A DNA stretch of 64,000 nt from positions 2,106 to 66,105 of the forward strand of contig JABGTW010000031.1 of NCBI GenBank assembly GCA_018646865.1, in the 5' to 3' direction. Source of the stretch: Cryomorphaceae bacterium (GTDB lineage Bacteria > Bacteroidota > Bacteroidia > Flavobacteriales > Flavobacteriaceae). This document shows, piece after piece, positions 57,164-64,000 of the stretch. The notes beneath the pieces were generated by a model. It saw only the letters and a list, made by a program, of their open reading frames with translations, had not been told where the DNA came from and ran no database searches. Position 1 is the stretch's first letter. Each line of letters opens with the position of its first letter. A program made the position numbers and the translations under genes.

Positions 57164-58789
57164 CTAGCCCATAAATGGGTATGTAAAATCTTTAGCTGGT
57201 AGGAAAGTTTCTTTAATTAATCTAGGAGATGCCCATCTCAAGAGATTAAGGTAAGAACCTGCTTTATCATTAGTTCCAGATCCTCTCGCTCCACCAAATG
57301 GTTGTTGACCTACAACTGCACCAGTACACTTGTCATTTATATAAAAATTACCTGCACAATTTTGAAGCTTATCTACAGCATCGCTAAGTATATACCTGTC
57401 TTCACAGAAAACTGCCCCAGTTAATGCATATTCAGAAGTTTCATCAACAGTTTTTAGTGTTTCTTCCCATTGATCATCTTCATATTCATAAATAGTAACT
57501 ACTGGTCCAAATAATTCAGTTTCCATTGAATAATAATTTGGGTTGGATGTCTTAATAACTGTAGGTTCTATAAAATACCCTTTAGATTTATCATATCCGC
57601 CGCCAATTGAAATTTCTGCATCTTTATCAACCTTAGCCTTTTCAATTGCATTAACTAATTTATCAAATGAACTTTCATGAATAACAGCGGTCATAAAATT
57701 TTTAAAATCTTCAGGACTTCCCATTTTTATTTTACTAATACCAGATTTTAATTTTTCAAAAAACTCTTTCGATATTGATTTAGGGATATAAACTCTTGAT
57801 GCAGCAGAACATTTTTGGCCTTGAAATTCAAATGCGCCTCTAATAACTGCAGTAGCTAATTCTTCAGTGTCTGCAGAGTTATGAGCTAAAATAAAATCTT
57901 TACCTCCTGTTTCACCAACAATTCTGGGATATGAATTATAATTCTCAATATTAGTTCCAATTTTTTTCCATAAACCTTTAAAAACTGATGTAGATCCAGT
58001 AAAATGAATTCCAGCAAAATCCTTTGAATCTAACACTGTATTTGTAATCATCTCTGGATCTCCGTAAACTGCATTTATAACTCCATCTGGAAGACCAGCT
58101 TCTCTGAATACATCAATAACAATCTTTGCAGAAAAAATCTGATGATCACTAGGTTTCCAAACAACAGTATTTCCCATCATTGCAGCACTGCCAGGAAGAT
58201 TACCAGATATTGCGGTAAAATTAAATGGAGTTATTGCATAAACAAAACCCTCAAGAGGTCTATACCCAAGTCTATTCCAAACCCCTGGATCTGATTTTGG
58301 TTGTTGGCTATATATATGTTGCATACTATAAACATTAAACTTTAAAAAATCAACCAACTCACATGCTGCATCAATTTCAGCTTGGAAAATTGTTTTAGAT
58401 TGAGCTAACATCGTAGCGGCATTAATTCTATCTCTGTAAGGACCTGCTACAAGCTCTGCTGCTTTTAAAAAAATGGCTGCTCTTTCTTCCCACTTCATAT
58501 TTGCCCATTCATCTTTCGCATCTAAGGCAGATTTTATTGCTAGTTCAACATGTTTTTTTTCTGCTAAATAATATTTACCAAGAATATGTTTATGATCATG
58601 AGGGGGTGACATATTTGAGGTTTGAGAACTTTCAATAAATTTACCACCAATCCACATTTTTACATCTGTTGTAGAATCTTTAAGTTTTTTATAAGTTGCA
58701 AGTACTGATTCTTTTTCTGGACTCCCTGGCTTATATTCCTTTATAGGTTCATTGACTGGATTTGGTACATTAACAATAGAGTTATTCAT
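57164..58789 (-). CDS. pruA: L-glutamate gamma-semialdehyde (1-pyrroline-5-carboxylate) dehydrogenase
   Basis: Aldehyde dehydrogenase with ETGGKD and catalytic FEFQGQKCSAASR. I prefer the ATG at 58789 (MNNSIVNVPNPVNEP...) over the tracked TTG at 58810. Confidence 0.9.
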   Translation of the reverse strand: MNNSIVNVPNPVNEPIKEYKPGSPEKESVLATYKKLKDSTTDVKMWIGGKFIESSQTSNMSPPHDHKHILGKYYLAEKKHVELAIKSALDAKDEWANMKWEERAAIFLKAAELVAGPYRDRINAATMLAQSKTIFQAEIDAACELVDFLKFNVYSMQHIYSQQPKSDPGVWNRLGYRPLEGFVYAITPFNFTAISGNLPGSAAMMGNTVVWKPSDHQIFSAKIVIDVFREAGLPDGVINAVYGDPEMITNTVLDSKDFAGIHFTGSTSVFKGLWKKIGTNIENYNSYPRIVGETGGKDFILAHNSADTEELATAVIRGAFEFQGQKCSAASRVYIPKSISKEFFEKLKSGISKIKMGSPEDFKNFMTAVIHESSFDKLVNAIEKAKVDKDAEISIGGGYDKSKGYFIEPTVIKTSNPNYYSMETELFGPVVTIYEYEDDQWEETLKTVDETSEYALTGAVFCEDRYILSDAVDKLQNCAGNFYINDKCTGAVVGQQPFGGARGSGTNDKAGSYLNLLRWASPRLIKETFLPAKDFTYPFMG

Positions 58790-58871
58790 AACATAAATTT
58801 TGCTTATCAAATTTAAATTAAATTGATAATAATTTTAATAAAAATACTTTTTTTTCTTAAAGTGTTTATAG

Positions 58872-58879
58872 TAAATTTG
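58872..58879 (+). promoter_or_regulatory. candidate -7 promoter box (TAAATTTG) for the nqr operon
   Basis: Matches TAnnTTTG, 23 nt upstream of the nqrA ATG. No clear -33 TTTG. Confidence 0.3.
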
Positions 58880-58902
58880 CAGTCACAAATTACTAATATT
58901 TC

Positions 58903-60252
58903 ATGTCTAAAGACATAAGCATTAAAAACGGTGCTAATTTATATCTAAAAGGGCTAGCTTCAAAAGAACTTGAAGTTGCAAAAAAAAGCTTAACCTACGC
59001 TATAAACCCCGACAACTTTTTTTCTCTAGTTCCACGTATGCTTGTTAAAGAAGGAGATAAAGTTTCTAAAGGTCAACCAATTTTCCATGATAAAAATGAT
59101 GAAACAATAAAAATTGTTTCTCCAGTTAGCGGAAAAGTTAAAGAAATTAGAAGAGGTGCAAAGAGAAAAATATTATATGTTATAATTAAGGCTGAAGGCG
59201 ATGATGTTATAAAATTTGATATTCCTGAGTTACAAAAAATCACTAAAGAACAAATAATTGAACTTCTTAGTGAGTCAGGCTCATTAGCTTATATAAGACA
59301 AAGACCTTATAATATAATAGCAAAGACTAATAAGTTACCAAAATCAATCTTTGTATCAACTCATTCTACTGCTCCATTTGATGTTGACTATGATTTTTTA
59401 ATGAGTAATAGAGTTGATGATTTGCAAACTGGTATTGACATTATGAGTGCAATAATTGATAAACCAATCAATTTTTCAATTACACATAAAAAAGATAGTG
59501 GTTTTAAAAACTTAAATAATGTTGAAATCTACAACATCAAAGGTGTTCATCCTTCTGGAAATGAAAGTTTTCAAATAAATAAAATTGACCCTCTGAATTT
59601 TGGAGAAACTATTTGGGTAATTAAACCTGAAGACCTCTCAAATATTGGAGCTTTTTTTAGAACTGGTGTTTTCTCTTCATCAAGAACTGTAGCCATTTCA
59701 GGAGATTCATTAAAATCACCAAAATATTACAGTACTGTTATTGGAGCTTCAATTTCATCATTAATTAATAGTGATGACATGAATGATATTAAGAATTATA
59801 GATTTATAAATGGTGATCCTTTGAGTGGATCAAAAGTTGAATATTCAGAATTCTTAGGATTTTACAACAACTCTCTAAGTGTAATTGAAGAAGGAAATCA
59901 GTATAGAATGCTTGGATGGCTCCCTTTCATGTATAACTCTGTTCCTAGTTTTTCAAAAACTTCATTTTCATGGTTATTAGGGGGGGCAAAAAAAGTTAAT
60001 ACAAATCTTAATGGTGAAGAGAGAGCTATTGTTGTAACAGGAGAAATGGAAAAATATTTCCCAATGGATATATTTCCAATGCAATTGATAAAAGCATGTA
60101 TGAGAGGTGATATTGAAAAAATGGAATCTTTGGGTATCTATGAAGTTATTCCAGAAGATTTTGGTTTAGTTGATTTTTCTTGTACATCAAAAATTGAAGC
60201 TCAAGAAATAATTAAAAGTGGAATAGAAATAATGTTAAAAGAAGTAGGATAA
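58903..60252 (+). CDS. nqrA: Na+-translocating NADH:quinone oxidoreductase subunit A
   Basis: 449 aa. First gene of a six-gene nqr array with start/stop overlaps. Confidence 0.9.
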   Translation: MSKDISIKNGANLYLKGLASKELEVAKKSLTYAINPDNFFSLVPRMLVKEGDKVSKGQPIFHDKNDETIKIVSPVSGKVKEIRRGAKRKILYVIIKAEGDDVIKFDIPELQKITKEQIIELLSESGSLAYIRQRPYNIIAKTNKLPKSIFVSTHSTAPFDVDYDFLMSNRVDDLQTGIDIMSAIIDKPINFSITHKKDSGFKNLNNVEIYNIKGVHPSGNESFQINKIDPLNFGETIWVIKPEDLSNIGAFFRTGVFSSSRTVAISGDSLKSPKYYSTVIGASISSLINSDDMNDIKNYRFINGDPLSGSKVEYSEFLGFYNNSLSVIEEGNQYRMLGWLPFMYNSVPSFSKTSFSWLLGGAKKVNTNLNGEERAIVVTGEMEKYFPMDIFPMQLIKACMRGDIEKMESLGIYEVIPEDFGLVDFSCTSKIEAQEIIKSGIEIMLKEVG

Positions 60253-61409
60253 TGAATTTTATTAGAAAACAGGTAGATGTATTAAAAAAACCATTCCTTA
60301 AAGGGGGAAAATTAGAAATGTTATATCCTGCTTTTAATGCATTTGAAACTATGCTTTTTGTTCCTGACCATACTACTTCAAAAGGATCTCATATTCGTGA
60401 TGGAGTTGATTTAAAAAGAACAATGATAACGGTTATAATTGCTCTTTTACCAGCATTATTTTATGGAATATATAATACAGGTTATCAATACTTTATTCAA
60501 ACTGGTCTTGATTTTACATTTTTAGATGCAGTTCTTCATGGGGCTTACAAAATTTTTCCAATGATTGCAGTTTCATATGCAGTTGGTTTAGCAATTGAGT
60601 TTGCATTTGCAGTTTATAGAAATCACCCAGTTAACGAAGGATACCTAGTAACAGGTCTTCTTATTCCAATGATAATGCCAATAGATATGCCATTATGGAT
60701 GTTAGCAATCTCTGTTGTTTTTGCTGTATTAATTGCCAAAGAAGCTTTTGGTGGAACAGGAATGAATATACTTAATCCAGCCCTAACTGCTAGAGCTTTT
60801 GCATTTTTTGCATATCCCACTTTTATGTCGGGAGATAAAGTATGGGTTTCAGAAGCAAGTAATGTAGATGCAATATCTGGTGAAACTATACTTGGAGCTC
60901 TTGCAGCCAATGGAGATGTAACATATTCATCTTTAAATATGTTTATGGGAGCTATTCCAGGATCTGTTGCTGAAACTTCAGTATTTTTTGTGCTAATAGG
61001 AGCCTTAATCTTAATCTCAACTGGAGTAGGTAGCTGGAGAATAATTATAAGTGGAATTCTTGGCGCTTCATTAGTAGGAGTCTTGTTTAATTTTTGGGGT
61101 GCTAATTCTTTGATGAGTTTTGATTGGTATAATCATCTTTTAGTTGGTGGTTTTGCATTTGGAATTGTCTTTATGGCTACCGACCCTGTCTCAGCTGCTC
61201 AGACAACAAAAGGCAAGTGGATATATGGATTTTTAGTTGGGGTTTTCTGTATTTTAATTAGAGTATTTAATCCTGCTTATCCTGAGGGAGTTATGTTAGC
61301 AATACTGCTGATGAATGTCTTCGCTCCACTAATTGATCACTATGTGATTGAAGCAAATGTTTCTAAAAGAAGAAAAAGATGGGCTAGTATTAAATTAAAA
61401 ACTTCATAA
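60252..61409 (+). CDS. nqrB: Na+-NQR subunit B
   Basis: 385 aa, multi-TM. Flavinylation-type motif DAISGETILG and MATDPVS. Confidence 0.9.
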   Translation: MNFIRKQVDVLKKPFLKGGKLEMLYPAFNAFETMLFVPDHTTSKGSHIRDGVDLKRTMITVIIALLPALFYGIYNTGYQYFIQTGLDFTFLDAVLHGAYKIFPMIAVSYAVGLAIEFAFAVYRNHPVNEGYLVTGLLIPMIMPIDMPLWMLAISVVFAVLIAKEAFGGTGMNILNPALTARAFAFFAYPTFMSGDKVWVSEASNVDAISGETILGALAANGDVTYSSLNMFMGAIPGSVAETSVFFVLIGALILISTGVGSWRIIISGILGASLVGVLFNFWGANSLMSFDWYNHLLVGGFAFGIVFMATDPVSAAQTTKGKWIYGFLVGVFCILIRVFNPAYPEGVMLAILLMNVFAPLIDHYVIEANVSKRRKRWASIKLKTS

Positions 61410-62125
61410 TGAATAGAGACTCTAATAGACATACATACATCTTTGCTGCCTTAATGGTTATCTCAGTAGCCTTTGTATTATCATTTACTTCTGAGTCACT
61501 TAAAGAATTACAAAATGCTAATGTAAAAAAAGAGAAAATGCAAAATATTCTTTCAACGGTTGGGATTAATGTGAGTAGAGATGAATCTGAATCTCTTTAT
61601 AAGGATTACATCTCCGAAGAACTTTCTTTAAAATCTGATGGAACAATTGATAATGTAATTAATGCCTTTAATATAAACCTAGCATTAGAAGTTAAGAAAG
61701 ATTCAGATATTCAGAGATACCCATTATATATTGCAAACGTTAAAAACGAAAAATTTTATGTTATTCCTCTGCGAGGAGCTGGATTATGGGCAGAGATTTG
61801 GGGTTATATTGCATTAAGGGATGATATTAATACAATTAAAGGCGTATCATTTGATCATAAAAGTGAAACTGCAGGACTAGGAGCTGAAATTACCGAAGAC
61901 TGGTTTATTAATAGTTTCAATGATGAAAAGATAAAAGACATCCAAGGAGAATTTGTTGGTATATATGTATCAAAATCAAACAATGATCCTGACAATAATG
62001 ATAAAATGGATAATGAAATAGATGCTATTTCTGGTGCAACTATTACTGGTGATGGGGTATCTGATATGATAAAAGAGAGAATTCAAAACTATCTTCCATA
62101 TTTTAATAAAATAAGTAATGAATAA
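61409..62125 (+). CDS. nqrC: Na+-NQR subunit C
   Basis: 238 aa with a single TM helix. FMN attachment motif DAISGATITG. Confidence 0.9.
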   Translation: MNRDSNRHTYIFAALMVISVAFVLSFTSESLKELQNANVKKEKMQNILSTVGINVSRDESESLYKDYISEELSLKSDGTIDNVINAFNINLALEVKKDSDIQRYPLYIANVKNEKFYVIPLRGAGLWAEIWGYIALRDDINTIKGVSFDHKSETAGLGAEITEDWFINSFNDEKIKDIQGEFVGIYVSKSNNDPDNNDKMDNEIDAISGATITGDGVSDMIKERIQNYLPYFNKISNE

Positions 62126-62765
62126 GGAAAAAGAACCATTATTTTCTAAGAAGAATAGGGCATTATTAACAGACCCTTTAGATGATGATAACCCAATTAC
62201 CGTTCAAGTTTTAGGTATTTGTTCAGCACTTGCTATTACTGTTAAGCTTGAGCCTGCTGTTGTCATGACACTATCTGTAATATTTGTTATGGCTTCAAGT
62301 AATGTTATTGTCTCAATACTTAGAAATATTATTCCAACAAGAATAAGAATCATTGTTCAATTAGTCGTTGTAGCATCTCTTGTAGCACTTGTTGATCAGT
62401 TTCTAAAAGCATATGCATATGATGTTAGTAAACAATTAGCAATTTTTATAGGGCTTATAATTACAAATTGTATAGTGATGGGAAGACTTGAGGCGTTTGC
62501 TTTAGGAAATGGTGTTTGGAAATCATTTTTAGATGGTGTTGGAAATGCTGCTGGATATGGCTGGATTCTAATTATTGTTGCTTTTATAAGAGAATTATTT
62601 GGATCTGGTGAGTTATGGGGTATTCCTGTAATTCCTCAATTTATTTATGATTTAGGATATACTGATAATGGCCTTATGCTATTATCTCCTATGGCACTAA
62701 TTATTGTTGGAGTTTATATATGGATACAAAGATATTATAACAGAAAATTAATTGAAAAAGACTAA
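62118..62765 (+). CDS. nqrD: Na+-NQR subunit D
   Basis: 215 aa with 6 TM helices. NqrD/RnfE family (LGICSALA, ITNCIVMGR). Confidence 0.9.
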   Translation: MNKEKEPLFSKKNRALLTDPLDDDNPITVQVLGICSALAITVKLEPAVVMTLSVIFVMASSNVIVSILRNIIPTRIRIIVQLVVVASLVALVDQFLKAYAYDVSKQLAIFIGLIITNCIVMGRLEAFALGNGVWKSFLDGVGNAAGYGWILIIVAFIRELFGSGELWGIPVIPQFIYDLGYTDNGLMLLSPMALIIVGVYIWIQRYYNRKLIEKD

Positions 62766-63383
62766 ATGGAAGATCTAGTTAACTTATTTATAAAAAGTAT
62801 TTTCATAGAGAATATGGTCTTTGCATATTTTCTTGGAATGTGTTCTTATTTAGCAGTTTCAAAAACAGTAAAAACTGCAGTTGGACTTGGTTATGCAGTA
62901 ATCTTTGTTTTAACCATTACAGTACCAATAAACTATTTAATAAATTCATATTTATTAGCTCCAGGAGCTCTTACATGGATTGGTCCTCAATTTGCAGATA
63001 TTGATTTATCATTTTTAACTTTCATAATGTTCATAGCTGTAATTGCATCAATGGTTCAGCTGGTTGAAATGATTGTGGAAAAAGTTTCACCAAGTTTATA
63101 CGGTTCACTTGGTATATTTCTTCCACTTATTGCTGTAAACTGTGCAATTCTAGGAGGATCTTTATTTATGCAACAAAAAGATTTTATAAATACGTTGGAA
63201 TCTGCAATATACGGTTTAGGATCTGGTATTGGATGGTTTCTTGCTATTGTTGCAATAGCTGCAATAAGAGAAAAAATAACTTACTCAAATATTCCCGAAC
63301 CTTTAAAAGGACTTGGTATAACTTTCATAATTACTGGATTAATGGCTTTTGGTTTTATGAGTTTTATGGGAATTAAATTATAA
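62766..63383 (+). CDS. nqrE: Na+-NQR subunit E
   Basis: 205 aa with 6 TM helices. NqrE/RnfA family ([17 protein letters not shown]). Confidence 0.9.
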   Translation: MEDLVNLFIKSIFIENMVFAYFLGMCSYLAVSKTVKTAVGLGYAVIFVLTITVPINYLINSYLLAPGALTWIGPQFADIDLSFLTFIMFIAVIASMVQLVEMIVEKVSPSLYGSLGIFLPLIAVNCAILGGSLFMQQKDFINTLESAIYGLGSGIGWFLAIVAIAAIREKITYSNIPEPLKGLGITFIITGLMAFGFMSFMGIKL

Positions 63384-63386
63384 GAG

Positions 63387-64000
63387 ATGGACATTAATGT
63401 AATAATTGCTAGTACTGTAGGCCTTTTTGTAATAACACTATTATTAGTGACAATGCTTTTGTTTGCAAAATCAAGACTTCTACCATCAGGTCCAGTAAAA
63501 TTAATAATCAATGGAGAAAAGGATGTCGAGGTTAATTCAGGGGATACCTTATTAACAACACTAGGAAATAATAAAATATTTCTACCATCAGCGTGTGGTG
63601 GAGGAGGAACTTGTATCCAATGTAAGTGTCAAGTTGTTGAAGGTGGAGGAGAAATTCTTCCTACAGAAGAGCCTCATTTTACAAGAAAAGAAATTTCTGA
63701 AGGGTGGAGACTGGGTTGTCAAGTTAAAGTTAAACAAGACATGAAAATTGAAGTTCCTGAGGAGGTTTTCGGTATCAAAAAATGGGAAGCTAAAGTTAAA
63801 AGTAATTACAATGTTGCATCTTTCATCAAAGAATTTGTAATTGAAATTCCAGAAGAAATGAATTACAAAGCAGGTGGGTATATTCAAATCGAGATTCCAG
63901 AGTGTGATATAAATTATGAGGATATGGATATTACATCTCATCCTAAAGAACATCCAGATGATCCTCAAAAATTTAAACTTGAATGGGATAAGTTTCATCT
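63387..64000 (+). CDS. nqrF: Na+-NQR subunit F, partial (C-terminus beyond the window)
   Basis: Not in the ORF track because there is no stop in the window. My translation is MDINVIIASTVGLFVITLLLVTMLLFAKSRLL...LPSACGGGGTCIQCKCQV...WRLGCQV. That gives a TM anchor plus a 2Fe-2S ferredoxin motif. Confidence 0.9.
   Translation, partial: MDINVIIASTVGLFVITLLLVTMLLFAKSRLLPSGPVKLIINGEKDVEVNSGDTLLTTLGNNKIFLPSACGGGGTCIQCKCQVVEGGGEILPTEEPHFTRKEISEGWRLGCQVKVKQDMKIEVPEEVFGIKKWEAKVKSNYNVASFIKEFVIEIPEEMNYKAGGYIQIEIPECDINYEDMDITSHPKEHPDDPQKFKLEWDKFH

Noticed and set aside
58790-58810. TTG start 7 codons upstream of the pruA ATG
   Set aside because: The ATG at 58789 gives an N-terminus (MNNSIVNVPNPVNEP) resembling that of flavobacterial P5C dehydrogenases. 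The TTG extension adds only hydrophobic filler.
26722-60910. Further nested ORFs (26722-26907, 29911-30114, 33275-33532, 40252-40680, 44451-44687, 46865-47053, 50672-50896, 51448-51633, 53596-54261, 54830-55542, 55884-56105, 60623-60910, 63281-63511)
   Set aside because: Same reasoning: they sit inside or antisense to strong homologous genes. None has a recognisable motif.
63588-63998. 136-aa minus-strand ORF at the window end
   Set aside because: It is antisense to a clear nqrF reading frame (TM anchor plus the CGGGGTCIQCKC 2Fe-2S motif). That frame was missed by the ORF track only because it has no stop inside the window.
1-64000. CRISPR arrays, IS elements, prophage or defence-system genes
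   Set aside because: I found no periodic repeat-spacer structure, no transposase, integrase or recombinase ORFs other than ruvC, and no nuclease/ATPase pairs typical of defence systems. The only repeats noticed are short regulatory words (the 18-nt operator module, TACTTTTG boxes).

Overview
The window is AT-rich (about 30% GC by eye), very tightly packed and almost entirely coding. Gene content points to a marine Flavobacteriia-type Bacteroidota chromosome: GH29 fucosidase plus sulfatase, glycosylasparaginase, Na+-NQR, TAnnTTTG-type promoter boxes and no Shine-Dalgarno sequences. This taxonomic call is an inference. I found no mobile elements, CRISPR arrays, rRNA or obvious pseudogenes.

Main blocks:
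- 1-7.4 kb: fucosidase, sulfatase, and a Tat-exported amine oxidase/SDR/S9 peptidase/unknown operon closed by the only strong stand-alone intrinsic terminator I saw.
- 7.4-13.3 kb: glycerol and glycerophosphodiester locus (glpK-glpD-glpF-SDR, GDPD).
- 15.0-23.3 kb: a complete Sec-type (clade II) nitrous-oxide reductase cluster, with a divergent Crp/Fnr regulator followed by cytochrome c, fasciclin, peroxiredoxin, nosZ, a membrane protein and nosLDFY.
- 24-47 kb: housekeeping genes (lpxK, lipA, Nramp, ruvC, tRNA-Leu, phoA, kdtA, fabD, folA, thyA, pdhB, hppA).
- 47.6-51.7 kb: metK-metY-metX-osmC behind a structured leader.
- 51.7-55.8 kb: pheA-tyrA-aroG/CM-aminotransferase.
- 58.9-64 kb: nqrABCDE and a partial nqrF.

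Most interesting observations:
1. An 18-nt FNR-type operator module, ATGATTWTTATCATCTTT, occurs twice. In both copies it sits at the same spacing from a TAATTTTR -7 box. One copy is in front of the nos operon. The other is in front of an unannotated 39-aa Cys/Lys-rich small ORF that overlaps the start of a 3-TM protein convergent on nosY. This pair is a candidate undescribed accessory module of the N2O-reduction regulon.
2. A 20-codon leader peptide with 9 Phe/Tyr codons, plus a terminator/antiterminator, sits directly upstream of pheA.
3. A single-pass Cys-rich peptide is translationally coupled to Nramp and followed by lipA.
4. metK has a candidate SAM-responsive pseudoknot leader.
5. A fasciclin protein and a cytoplasmic 2-Cys peroxiredoxin are embedded inside the nos operon.

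All calls come from reading the sequence and ORF translations by eye. No searches were run.
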